NCBI RefSeq assembly: GCF_006345805.1
Contig: NC_043017.1
Coordinates: 27,094,001-27,158,000 of the forward strand
Length of the DNA stretch: 64,000 bases
From: Octopus sinensis
Taxonomy: Eukaryota
Direction: 5' to 3'
Below the pieces are notes generated by a model. The model was not told the origin of the DNA. It saw nothing but the letters and a program-made list of their open reading frames with translations, and ran no database searches. The position numbers and the translations under genes were made by a program. Of this stretch, positions 13,121 to 27,090 are shown piece after piece. How positions within the stretch are numbered: position 1 is the stretch's first letter; every line of letters begins with the position of its first letter.

Positions 13121-13734
13121 AATGTACGCTGACCAAATTATGCGTAAACTCAACGGGTTATGTTGGGGCTTCGACACTCATTTGAGAGTTCATATTGTCT
13201 TCTGGATGTGCATATTATTGCTGCGTTTCAATACAACAGATACATTTTAATTCATTGCCAAATATATTAGAATTTTATTTGCGTACGTGTTCACCGAATA
13301 TTAAAATCTCGCAGGTTACGATGCCTTCTACATTATGGAGTGTCGAAATCGCTTTTTATGCGTTCGTATTGTGCTTTTATGGGAGACATCCTCGTTCTGG
13401 AGTTCTTTATTTAATACTTCCATATTGTTTCATTGATTCTAGCCGATTTTAGAATGCTGTCAGTACGTTACATCTATTTCTATTTGATAATCACCCAATA
13501 GTAAAATTTCTCTCGCACAGATATCCAAATTTTACAGCTATGGAAACATAGAAGTCAATATTATTTAACTCGTAAACCCTTCAAGTTATGTACTATCAAG
13601 TTTGGAACACGTCGAATTAAATGTGTATTTTTGCAGCTTTTCTTACTCTCGTTCAAAATATTCGGTTGCCGCAAGAGAGTTAAACCCTAAACGTAATTTT
13701 CTATTTTTCTTTTGCGATTTCAAATTTCAGTAAC

Positions 13735-14143
13735 TACTCTTTACTCTTTTACTCTTTTACTTGTTTCAGTCATTTGACTGCGGCCATGCTGGAGCACCGC
13801 TTTTAGTCGAACAAATCGACCCCAGGACTTATTCTTTGTAAGCCCAGTACTTATTCTATCGGTCTCTTTTGCCGAACCGCTAAGTAACGGGGACGTAAAC
13901 ACACCAGCATCGGTTGTCAAGCAATGCTAGGGGGACAAACACAGACACACAAACACACACACACATACATATATATATATACATATATACGACAGGCTTC
14001 TTTCAGTTTCCGTCTACCAAATCCACTCACAAGGCATTGGTCGGCCCGAGGCTATAGCAGAAGACACTTGCCCAAGATGCCAAGAAGTGGGACTGAACCC
14101 GGAACCATGTGGCTAGTTAGCAAGCTACTTATCACACAGCCAT
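13735..14143 (-). mobile_element. SINE family A, full length
   Basis: Reverse complement of the family A consensus. Confidence 0.95.
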
Positions 14144-14199
14144 TCTAGCTTCATTAGAAAGAAATATATTTCAAATTTGAAAACACACACACATGTCTG

Positions 14200-14445
14200 A
14201 AACCATAAAAAGCAGCGACAGCCTCGGCGGAATCTGAACTCAGAATGTAGTGATGTATGTCAAATATTTCCCTAGCGGGCTAACAATTCAGCTATCTTCC
14301 TGCCTCCGAGGACATATTCTTATTCTTTGTAAGCCCAGTACTTATTCTATCGCACCCTTTTGCTGAAGACACTTGCCCAAGATGCCTCGCAGTGGGACTG
14401 AATCCGGAACCATGTGGTTGATAAGCAAGTTACTTTCCTACGCCT
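14200..14445 (-). mobile_element. Degenerate SINE B head (about 14200-14310) followed by an internally deleted SINE A (14319-14445)
   Basis: cctcggcggaatctgaactcagaa motif; A tail segment joined directly to A head. Confidence 0.7.
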
Positions 14446-14501
14446 ATATATATATATATATTATATATATATTATATATATATATATATATATAATATAT
14501 A

Positions 14502-14544
<43 letters not shown>

Positions 14545-15081
14545 TATATTTTATATGTTAAAAAATAAACCAATGTTCCTTACCTAACTGTCGGCTAATA
14601 AATTCAGATTCTGTGACTCATATTTTCCACTTACGAACGGAACGCTGATCCGTTGCAGTTTTACTCACTGTTATCAGTTGATTAGGCTGGAATAGCGTGA
14701 AGTGAAGTATTTTCCTGATATAAATATATCAATCATTACACCTAACTAATATACTATCGCTTCATTTTGCAGAACTGCAAAGTTACAGGGACGTGAACAC
14801 ACCAAGAAATTAACTTTATTCATACAAATATGTTAGTATAATTTCACAAAGGCCACCAGTTTCAGAGAGAGATGCAACTGATGAAAGGATGAACATGAAG
14901 CCATACAATATAGCTTTAAGCAATTTGGCTGGCGCTCTAACGATTCAGCTACCTTACTGCTTTATACGAAGAGATCAAAATGAATATGAATATAACCACG
15001 AACTAATTGTGTGTCGAAAGTGGGGAGTACAGTGTAAATGTCGATAAAGTTAAATAATGTTATAATATAATGACGATTAGA

Positions 15082-15240
15082 GAAGTGGCTGTGTGATAAG
15101 TAGCTTGTTTACCAACCACATTGTTCCGGGTTCAGTCTCACTGCGTGGCACCTTGGGCAAGTGTTTTCTACTATAGCCTCGGGCCGACCAAAGCCTTGTG
15201 AGTGGATTTGGTAGACGGAAACTGAATGAAGCCGGTCGTA

Positions 15241-15271
<31 letters not shown>

Positions 15272-15488
15272 GCGTGTTTGTGTGTCTGTGTTTGTCCCCC
15301 TAGCATTGCTTGACAACCGATGCTGGTGTGTTTATGTCCCCGTTACTTAGCGGTTCGGCAAAAGAGACCGATAGAATAAGTACTGGGCTTACAAAAGAAT
15401 AAGTACCGGGGTCGAGTTGCTCGATTAAAGGCTGTGCGCCAGCATGGCCGCAGTCAAATGACTGAAACAAGTAAAAGAGTAAAGAGAG
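15082..15488 (+). mobile_element. SINE family A, full length
   Basis: Matches the family A consensus. Confidence 0.95.
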
Positions 15489-16194
15489 GTGTCTGTACAG
15501 AAAACTCTTTTTGCTTTATTTCCTGTGATGATGTTTTTCCAATATTTATTCAAGGAGTTTTATGCCTGCATATATATATATACTGATCATAAAATATCCA
15601 ACATTTACCCGAATGAAATATTTGTTTACTCGATGATTTATAGTACAACTTCAAACTGATATCAACGTGATATCAATGACATCGAAGTTACTACATATAG
15701 TATGAATGAACAGCTACTATACTTGAATTACGTCAATATTCATATTAGCATGAATCGGTTTACACAACTGAAACCACACAAATCGATGAAATATGCCACG
15801 TTTTGTGTACCACAGTGTGGAATTTCTCGTGTTAAGAGGAATCGATATATTCTATGGGTTTCTGTTACAGAATGGCAGAGCATGATGGATTTTAAACACA
15901 TTTCTATGAATTCTTATTAACCGCACAATTACCAATTGTAATTTGATTTTCAGTATTGGGAAACAAGTTAATAATAAAATGAAACGATCGGGTTTTGTTG
16001 AATTTTGTTACAGCTATTTTAAAACTTAAAATCACATTGCTTGCGATTCATTTCTATTTGGTTTTTATTTCCTGAAATCTTGGTTACAAATTTATTACTA
16101 CCGACTCAGTTTAAATTCTCCAACACAATCGATCTTAAAACAAGGCTCCAGACGAAAATTCTAATAAATCATATTCCTTATTGGTGGCTCTTAT

Positions 16195-16800
16195 AAAACT
16201 TAGATAAAACTTAGATATATTTCGACCAAAGATTTGCCCAGGCCATGTCTAATTTAATAGTACCATCTGATAGGATTATGTAAATCTTTTAAAGTCAAGT
16301 TTAGGGCCCATTCCAGTAGCGATTTCTTGTTGAGTGAGTTGTAACCATGTATGGCCGGCTTATCTGATATCCCTTGAAGAAATCTGTCCAGACTCGGTAT
16401 AAAGTTATGACATCCTTTTCCATTTAATCAGTTTTGGGACAATGTTAAACAGGGCAGGGCCTGTTGAGGAAAAGAAATTATGCCCATGTACCTATGTGTT
16501 GTGATCCTGAATTGGGCAGGGGGTAATGGTCCGCGGTCCCAGTCTTGGATTAACACTGATACTAATGTTCAGGCCGTTTGGGCAATGCTAGCGGTATATT
16601 ATCCACAACGTACAAATGGTGTACCGCTTGCGGTGGCGCTAGAGAGACAATTGTTTCAAGGTTTTAAGGCGGTCCCAGTAATCGAGATCAATCATGCCTT
16701 CAATCTGTTTAACGAGTGCCCCCTGGGGTGTTGCTAAGCCAGAAATCCCTGTAAACGAGTTATACGCACTTAAACAATAGTTAAGACCATCCAATAGTAG
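16195..16800 (-). mobile_element. CR1/L2-group LINE 3' fragment
   Basis: Minus-strand remnants [40 protein letters not shown] and SLNKKSLLEW are typical post-RT C-terminal motifs; tctaagttt-type tail also at 39440-39515. Confidence 0.85.
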
Positions 16801-16813
16801 TACCCACCACTTT

Positions 16814-17331
<518 letters not shown>

Positions 17332-18044
17332 AATATCTGTCACCATTCAATTAATTGAAGATCCTCTAATGCTTGAATGGTCTATTTAATATTTATATAA
17401 CCCTGAGGCGCGCAGAAAAAGAGGGTTACTGATTCAGCTCATTTAAGTGGCCGAGATAACGCCGGTGTATTATCAGTGTTTCTATAAGAAACTATTAGGG
17501 AATTCTAGCCGTTTCTTAATACGATTCGTTGGAGTATGTTTACATTAAAACTCAGTAATATATAATTCTCTTTAGAATGTAATTAAGCACTATTCGAAAT
17601 GTTCAATTTGTAAACTAATTCCAAATATGTAAGTTTCAGTAGATAAATTTTAGAAAAGTTTTACATAGAATTTTTTATACATTAATGGTAGCAATTTTGC
17701 GCAGGAAATGAATATTCAATAACATTTTTTTATATTGTATTGAATGAATATTTGACGGTTAAATAATAATATGTAGATGTATTATAATTCATTCTGTGTT
17801 TCTTTATTGCAAAAATATTGCTTTTGAAAATTCGGACGAATCTAGAACTTCGAATAGTCATCAATCAAGTGTCATAACACTGTCCAATGCATGCTTTAAA
17901 TAGCATGTTTCTGCTGATACATTTTAAAATAACGCTATTTTGATGTCACAAAACTACTACTACTTCTACTACTACTACGACTACGACTACTAACAACAAC
18001 AACAACAACAAGAGTAGCAATAATATCTCATCAGAAGTGCTGGG

Positions 18045-18295
18045 TACATTGTTTTAGTATTAATGATGGGTTACAATAAATACTCTGCACAATACCACAG
18101 ATTTGCTTATATAATTTTTTGACCTTAACCAGTTGAGCATGTCCTATGGTGGCTGACGATGTGTACATCCCTGATTACGAGCAGAAGTAGTTGGGGATCA
18201 TCATAGCGATGTGGTTTGAGGGATTCTTTGGTGTTTAAATAATTTACCACCAGGAACATGGGTATTTTGTTCAACATCCTCAAACATCCCTTACT
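18045..18295 (+). mobile_element. Repeat family C, 5' portion
   Basis: Homologous to the reverse complement of 3590-3840; interrupted by the SINE B array. Confidence 0.75.
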
Positions 18296-18309
18296 CTGGT
18301 ACCATAAGA

Positions 18310-19033
18310 ATGGGCTGGGCCAGTCAATTATACCGACCCAAGTACACAACTGATACTTAATTTATCGACACCGAAAAGATGGAAGCCAAAGTCGACCTCG
18401 GCGTAATTTGAACTCAGAACGTAGCAGCAGACGAAATACCTATTTCTTTATTACCCACAAGGAGCTAAACATAGAGAGGAAAAAAACAAGGACAGACAAA
18501 TGGATTAAGTCGATTATATCGACCCCAGTGCGTAACTGGTACTTAACTCATCGAGCTCGAATGAATGAAAGGCAATGTCGACCTCGGTGGAATTTGAACT
18601 CAGAACGTAAAGACAGGCAAAATACCTATTTCTTTACTACCCACAAAGGGGTAAACACAGAGAGGACAAACAAGGACAGACAAACGGATTAAGTCAATTA
18701 TATCGACCACTGGTACTTATTTAATCGAGCCCGAAAGGATGAAAGGCAAAGTCGACCTCGACGGAATTTGAGCTCAGAACGTAGCGGCAGACGAAATACA
18801 AATTTCTTTACTACCCACAAGGGACTAAACACAGAGGAGACTAACAAGGACAGACACACGGATTAAGTTGATTATATCGACTCGAGTGCGTAACTGTTAC
18901 TTTATTTATCGTCCCCGAAACGATGAAAGGCAAAGTCGACCTCGGCGGAATTTGAACTCAGAACGTAGCGGCAGACGAAATACCACTAAGCATTTCGCCC
19001 GGCGTGCTAACGTTTCTGCCAGCTCGCCGCCTT
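18310..19033 (-). mobile_element. SINE family B multimer (one head plus four ~180-bp units)
   Basis: gaatttga(a/g)ctcagaacgta recurs near 18406, 18590, 18765 and 18948; single head at the 19033 end. Confidence 0.9.
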
Positions 19034-19550
19034 ATAATACAACTATATTGTTTATGCTATACTAGTTAAGCTAAGAGACTTAATAACCAGTGCTTAAAAG
19101 AATATAAGGATTTGTCTGAGTTCTCGCGATTGAACTGAGGCCTTAACAAATAAATTAACCACAAAAATCAACGCATTCATTGGACGTAAGTAAAGTAAAA
19201 GCAATAATGGATATAAGTGAACAAAAAACAGAGCAACAAAACAAAATGATGCCAAGAACATTAAAGCGAACCTCTAGAACAATGTGGTGGGAAAAAATGG
19301 CAATTATGAAGTAATAGTTTTTAAAAAACTGTTTTGCTGGACAACTATCGATATTTGGAAAGGAATCAATCGAAGATTGAAGATTGGAGATAATAATCGA
19401 TTTCACTTAAATCACGCATATAAACATTGTGAGAATATTCTAAAACTAGATCATTCTTTGTCTTGCTCATGCTTAATCTTTCTTGCTGTCATTGGCTCTT
19501 GTTATTTTACATCTCGTTCCACTATACCAACATTTTGAGTGGGATGTGTT

Positions 19551-19594
<44 letters not shown>

Positions 19595-19656
19595 TATATA
19601 TATACATACATATATATACATATATATATAAGCATATGCATACTTGTACATACATT

Positions 19657-19707
<51 letters not shown>

Positions 19708-19916
19708 GTATATACATACATATACAAACATTTAGATATATATATTTGTATATATATATATACATATATATACATAGACATATATATATATATGCATATG
19801 CATACTTATACATACATTTAAATATATATATATATATATATATATATCAACATACCCACGCATATACATAAATACATACGTCCCTACCTACCTACATTCC
19901 TACTTACATACATACA

Positions 19917-19990
<74 letters not shown>

Positions 19991-21321
19991 CTCCACACAT
20001 CAGCATACAAAAATCTAACATCCACAAATTGGATTGTGAATCGATTGTTTTTTTATTGATTGTATTGTCATAGCAACATATCGATTGTATTGTCTTTTTC
20101 GTTTTCTTATGTCGTCCACGTCTTTATTGCACAAAATATATCCGCCCATTTCAGGCCAGCGAAATGAATGAAAATAAACTAAACTCAAATAAAATAATTG
20201 AGATTCTGAAATTCTTCAAAATCGTTAAAAACACACGCTGATTCGCTCCCACGCTTAAACTTTTTTTTATGTAAACGTGAATATTTTCTTCCCGTAGAAA
20301 CTATGTGTGTATATTCGTTCACATATAACATGTGTACATACACACACTCGTACAATCAAGCACACATACGCATTTATCGAAAACGTACTCATTCATAAAT
20401 TTAAACATTTTTTTTTTAAATTACATATTTTGTGTTAATGTTTCCACGAAATTTGAAGACATTTTTTCAGCTTTTCTATTTGCAAATGAATATGATAAAA
20501 TGTAGTTTCAGAAATAGCTCCGACGATCGATAGATTATGTACGTATACAAATAAAAGTTTGCCTGCAGCATAACGAAAAACACAAAGTCTCCTGGTTTTG
20601 TACTCTAAAAATTGTTTTCATACCATTTGCAGGTATTTGGCATATTCATAATGAGAAAAAATAACTTCGGTTTGAACTGCGTATTTTTCTGCAAAACGTA
20701 TTATGCCATACGTTTCAGTATTCGATAATAAATGACGACACACTATAAATATATTCCATAGATACGCCTTGTAGATCCAACACATAATCAAGACTGGACG
20801 CTTCGGCAGAGACACGAATAATTCATATCTAAATTTGAGATACAAGCAACAAACGCAAACCATTCTGACGACACATTCACAAATTAAGTAAGAGAGTCTC
20901 AGTCAATTTATGACTGAATATTTTCCCCACTATTAAAATAATCGAACTTACGTAGCAATAATATGTAATTACAATAAGTTGATGTACTCTACAATTTTGA
21001 TTAAATATCAAAGGATTTCCGTTTCTTCTAAAACCCTCCTCTCCTCTAGGGCATACCTATAATCCACAAAGAACATTTTTTTTTCACTTCTATACCTTCA
21101 ACAAACACTCCCAAATAGCTGCATCCAATTCCGAGTATATATGATATCAAATATATTAAAAACAGAACTATAGACTCGTGAGTTAAATTTTGATTGCCAT
21201 TCTGCATCCATGTTAATTCATTGAAAATTTAGCTACCAATTCAATGATATTAGAATCTATTCGAAAATATAACTATATTGATCGCAACGGGCTGAAGCCA
21301 AATGCATGTCGTCCTACATTG

Positions 21322-21378
<57 letters not shown>

Positions 21379-22230
21379 GTGTGTGTGTGTGTATGTGTCC
21401 ATGTGCAAGTTTGTTTGTGTGTATATATATATATATATATATACACATTGAGTGACGATTGCGTGGAAAATTTGATCGACATGTTTTTAAATGGTGCATT
21501 TTAGATTCACCTATTACTTATACAAAACGGATTTCATGTGTCGATTATATCTATCTAAATATATTTCAATAATCAATCGTCCCAGCCTGATATCAATCAC
21601 AGTATAAACTGCCAACACATGAAATCATTATCATCCAGCCATTTACCTGTTATTAAAAAATTGGACTGCGATAGATTTACCCTAGGAGAAAATTATATCT
21701 AGTAAATATGAGAAATGTTTTAAAAAGAAGAACGTACTTTCTATTCAATTACGTCTCTGTTTTTATTTCTTTAAGTTAATAGTTGTTTGCTGAACTTCAT
21801 ATGTAAAACAAAAGAAGAAATGTTTAGTTAACAAACGACAGACAGTTCAATAATAAACAATATGAATAGGCTTTTAAAAGCTGGAGCGTAACAGTCTATT
21901 TCAAAAGTTAAATAAAATAATAAAATAAGATTTCATATTTATAGGAAAAAAGAAATGTAAGAAGTGAGATTCTACGAGTCTTATCTTACATGAATTGCGA
22001 AGGGTTAACAGGAAATTCAGATGCGAATTATTTAGCGAATATCGTGAAAAATATTTTGTACTCGACATAGAAGTACTGAGGTTAATAATACGAAATAAGT
22101 AAGTTATAATTTCGTATATACATACATTAAAAGTTACAAGATATATACGCTTTGCATATAAGTATTCAGAAAGATACAAATGATGGTACATAAACATATA
22201 GTAAGATCAATAGTGTATATATATATATAT

Positions 22231-22262
<32 letters not shown>

Positions 22263-22398
22263 ATATATATTATATATATAATATATTGGTAAAAACGGTA
22301 AGATATCTTGACCATTGAGTAATTGTAACATATTATTTTATAGATATATATATATATGATTGATATAAAAATATAAATATATATATATATATATATAT

Positions 22399-22432
<34 letters not shown>

Positions 22433-23159
22433 TTCAACAGAGTATTTCAGCAATGATTTCCATAACAGCCTTTCGGAATTCACCTATCATATTCTCAAAG
22501 GTACTCTAAAAAATTATTTCCCCATAATTGACATCCTACATCTTATATGCAGAGACGTACGCAGACACAAAGAAACACGCCGTACTCTTTGTTATCGCAC
22601 AGACAAATAAATTTCACATACCTACGCGTGTTTATTGTAATATTTCTTTGAATGTTTGGAAAAATCTTTTACATAATTTTCTTTATTTTTCTTTTCTATA
22701 TATTTTGTATGTGTGTAAATCAAAATCATGACTGTTTCTCTGAATAACAACGGGATTTTCTTTAGACCAATGTTACATACATCACGTAGCGAATAATACA
22801 GACGATAAAAAGAATATATGAAGCAAGAAAAAAACCTAATGTATGGAAAATATAAATCTACGTGTATTTCTGTCTTGCAATAATATATCTGGAACTGGTC
22901 AGGGAATGCTAGAATATAATATATTCTCTATATTTTCTTTGGATTAATTTTCGATATCAAATAAAAACCAATGCTTTTAAAGGTTTGGTTAGTTTGTCAA
23001 GAGAGTTGAATATCTGCTGGAAAGAAGTTTTTTTCTGTTTACTTTTCTGCTCTTTAGTTCGAGCAGAGAGTCATACATTTGTTCAAACTTACAAATGAAA
23101 TTCTGGTCTAGCATTGGCTCGATTCTATTGATTCGATCTCGTTCGCATTTATGTTGTGC

Positions 23160-23191
23160 AAGTAATAATAATAATAATAGTAATAATAATA

Positions 23192-23244
<53 letters not shown>

Positions 23245-23313
23245 TAATAATAATAATAATACTAATAATACTAATAATACTAATAATACTAATAATACTA
23301 ATAATAATAATAC

Positions 23314-23404
<91 letters not shown>

Positions 23405-23410
23405 ATTGTG
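23160..23410. repeat. (TAA)n/(TTA)n microsatellite
   Basis: Direct reading. Confidence 0.95.
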
Positions 23411-23411
23411 T

Positions 23412-23518
23412 TGCATGTGCCTACTGTACCCTTATCAGATGGGTAGTCATGATGGTTATCTGGGCTTCGTATATTTTATCCCAGTGTCACTTTGACGGCA
23501 TGCACTGCTCTCTCACTC

Positions 23519-23557
<39 letters not shown>

Positions 23558-23560
23558 CAG
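23412..23560 (+). mobile_element. Repeat family C, 3' fragment with (AAT)n tail
   Basis: cccttatcagatgggtagtcatgatgg...cccagtgtcactttga matches the reverse complement of 3361-3470. Confidence 0.8.
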
Positions 23561-23579
23561 CAGTAGCAGCAGCAGCTAA

Positions 23580-25790
23580 ATCAGCAATTGTTAATCTGCC
23601 ACTATTCGTTGTCTATAGAAGTCAGGGGAGACAATATTAGGACCCCTCGGACTTATAGTAATAATGTAATTGAAGTAATAATTGTGAAACTATAGTTGTG
23701 AATCAGTAAATAATATTTCATCTAGGGCGTCCCATAGAACGCCCTAAAGTAAATAATAAGTTAAGAATTATAGTAGAAATACTGAAATTATAATAGTTAA
23801 TAATAATTACTGAGTATTATTGCTAAGTAGTCTTGTGAAACCGTCGAGTTGTCTGAGACTGAACCAGCAAAACCACGAATTTTGCTTGGTGAGTAGAGTG
23901 GATTTTTGACACCCTGCGTGACTAAAAACGAACCCTGGCAAAGGGCAGAGGAACATAATAGAGTCAATATATATTCCGAAAACGGTTAGACAGGACTCGG
24001 AAGGCTTGGTTGGAAGTGTAAAAACTGGAGTAGATAGGACTCCTTAGACACAGTGGTGAACACCTGTGTCCTGACAGTCAAGCCCGGCTCTCTTGCAAAC
24101 CCATCAGGAGTGTAGGAAAAGGCGTGTATCTGGAACCTCCAAATAACCAGCATTCATGGAGTTTGGAAACACCGAACATGTGCAGAATAGGTTGAACTTT
24201 TGTGGACTGATTAAGAACAGCATGCCTAGCTGGAAAGCACGTCTTTACTGTAACGACCAGCACTTAGGTGAGGTAACAATCAAACGAGTTATCTTCCAAC
24301 GACTCTCTTCTTCACCTCTGTTAATTCTTATAGCCTTGATCCCTCTTTGGGTAATCCTACTTTCAACATGAGCTGAGAAATAATGAACCTCGTCTCAACA
24401 ACCTTCCTTTTATGTATAATTTTTTAACTGTTCGCAAAACAAAGCTTGAAATGGAGAGGCTAGTTGAGACTTTGCAAAGGTGCAGCAAGGATATAGGGAT
24501 GGAATTCGGTATCTTGAAGCGGGCGAAAAGAGTAAATTGTAGGGGCAGAGAATTGCCAAACGTTCAGAGAATGGCAAGCCCGAATGATGATGGATAGAAT
24601 TACCTTGGGATCACTGGTGCTGGACAATATCCTGCACAAAGAAATGAAAGACAAGATCCTCACAGCACATTTCAAGCGCCTCAAACTTCTCTTGAAATTA
24701 AAACTCAGACCAAGAAACCTTGTGACTCGATCGCACTACCTGAAACACAATGACAATGCATGGTCCCCGCCAAAATAAGGCAAATTTACACAGGCTCTAC
24801 TTGAAGAGATATAACTGTAGATGTAGACTAATCAGCGTACGGAAGTGCATCAGCATTAACAGAAGAAGCATGCCAGAATATTTCGTAAACAGCAAACAAG
24901 ACCTGCTACAGTATGCTACTAGTGAAGAAGGACTTAACAAAAATGGTCTTGAGAGTGCCCAAGAATTCCGATCAAAATCAGCCAAGAAGAGAGAGGAGAT
25001 CCTACTGCTTATGGAATATACATGGCCAATTCAACAGTGAAACTAACAAATTACAACAGCAGAAAGCATTATGGAGGTAGCTCAAGAAAGGTGACCTAAA
25101 AAAGAATGCTGAAATCATCGCTGCCTGGGATCAGGCATCGAATACCAACACAGTGAAAAAGAATCTGTACCACACAAGTGCAACGGGCCTCTGCAGAATG
25201 GGTGGGAAGAGGGTCAAAAGCATTTCTCACATTGTTAGTGCTTGTGAAAGTCTTGCGCAGGAAGAGTAGAAGCGTAGACGCAACAACGTAGCCCAAAACC
25301 TCCACTGGTTACGGGTGTTCGGTACCAATATACACCGGAAAAATTAATGGACGAAAAGGAAAAGGCAAAAATCCTCTGACTTCCAAGGTCTTAGAGCACC
25401 GAAGGCCGGTTATATTAACCTTTTGGAGGAAAAGGCAAGAGTGCCTATTAGTTGACGATGCATGTGTCTGGAGATCAACATATCATCATGAAAGACAGAA
25501 AGGGAAAAGATTGAGAGATATGGTGACCTAAGAATTGAGATCGCTAAAGTGGGAGTTACTAGAGTTAAGCATGAAGATTATACCTATCGTCTTCGGAGCT
25601 TCGGGTTCAATACCACCCAAGGTGAATAAAAAAATCCGAAAAAGCTTAGAAACCCATAAAATCTAGATGTATTGCGAAAGTCGGTATTACTTGGAACTGC
25701 AGGCATATTGCGTACAGTAGTGTCTGTCTGAGATCCTTGTTCTGACTCGACAAACAGAACAACCCCGCCGGTACGAAACTGTCCCTAAAT
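23580..25790 (+). mobile_element. Decayed, internally deleted R4/Dong-like non-LTR retrotransposon (RT, CCHC, restriction-like endonuclease)
   Basis: Remnants LGEVTIKRVIFQRLSSSPLL (cf. RGIFQGDSLSPLL), KDIGMEFG, LHRLYLKR, AAWDQA, CRMGG..SHIVSAC, RRRNNVAQNLHW, IPIVFGASGSIP, ILRTVVSV; many stops and frameshifts. Confidence 0.85.
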
Positions 25791-26837
25791 TTTGCCATTT
25801 TATGATGTTTACATTACGTCCCATTTCGTTTTACGCAATATTTTTCATTTAGAAATTCCTTGTATTTATCGTGTATGTGTCTCATCGGATATCTCGGCCA
25901 TTGCTTTCTATGGAATTCATTTCGTATATAGTGATTTTTGGTTCTTGGTCACGGCATACGAAATCTCATTCAGAGTACATAAATCGCACATAGAGGAAAA
26001 CGTTCTCACTTGAAAGGAAATATCATCTGTTATTTGTATTTTCTTTCGTTTAGAAATTTTAACTTGGTTTTAACAATAAGGCATCCTATCGCTTTTGGAG
26101 ACCGTGCCGTGAGACTTAAATCTGGATAATGCAGTATTTGTTTTGTGGGCGTTATACTCCGTTGCATAATTCAATTTAGTGCATTCGTTGAACTTGTCGT
26201 TTCTCCTTGTCACCGCTATTTGTTTCTGAGAAAGATGGAACTTTGATCTCACGATACGCTCCTAGCAGTCATGAAGCGGCTAGTATATTTGCCAAAGAAC
26301 TTTCTGTCTTATATTCCTGTAGAACCAACGACGTTAATGATGTATTCTTCTGTTTGTTGACAGTTTTTCTTTTAGGTTTGCAGCGTAGAAAATGTTCAAA
26401 AGTCTTCTGCTAAAAGAACTGCAACAGCCGCGCATCTACCTTCGATTCTTAGTGGTGACGCCTTCTTTCAAGAACTCTCTGCGATATATAAACCTGCCCG
26501 TTTCTAAGTTAACTGACAACATATCTTCAAAGCCACGCTGCAATATTCACCACTTAATAGTCTTCCTCGTAGGTGCACTGGCCCGAGCTCAGCACGTTTT
26601 GCCGCTCAGTTTGAGCGTTGAGTTCAATATATGAGTTTCACTTTACTTTGAGCTTTGGGTTTCACATTATCCTCTGCTATAAACATGACAGATATGGCGC
26701 CGTTTTCTTTCCCAACGAAAGAGAGCCTGCTTAAGTTATCCAGCCAGGGCTGATCATAAGTTATATAATAATAATAAACTAATATATGGGTGTGTACTAA
26801 TTGCAAAAGCATCTGACATCGCCATACATATTGACCC

Positions 26838-27090
26838 ACGGGCATGTGGCGTAGTGGTTGAGAGCGCGGGCTACTAATCCCAGGATTCCGAGTTCGATCC
26901 CAGGCATTGGTCTGAATAATTATAATCATAAGCATAATAATAATATCGAAAAATACTTTAGGATTGAGAATCCAGGTTCGACATTTCCTAAAGGCAACTG
27001 ATGATGGCTGGAGAGTATATCAGCCGAAACGTTGTGTTGACAACAAATAGGATGAGGACAAATATTCGTCAAATGTAAACAATATACATA
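26838..27090 (+). mobile_element. tRNA-headed SINE (family E) with a hammerhead-like 3' part
   Basis: A-box TGGCGTAGTGG 26847-26857, B-box GTTCGATCCC 26892-26901, (ATA)-rich linker, CTGATGA...GAAAC at 26998-27030. Confidence 0.75.
26998..27033 (+). ncRNA. Hammerhead ribozyme-like core
   Basis: CTGATGA-t-ggctg(gagagtatat)cagcc-GAAACGTT; stem I not cleanly paired in this copy. Confidence 0.5.

Noticed and set aside
13150-13540. Very old LINE RT fragment
   Set aside because: No diagnostic motif could be recovered by eye
26838-26905. Functional tRNA gene (also the heads at 41920-41986 and 59519-59580)
   Set aside because: A and B boxes are present, but no convincing acceptor stem or Pol III terminator; each continues into a SINE body
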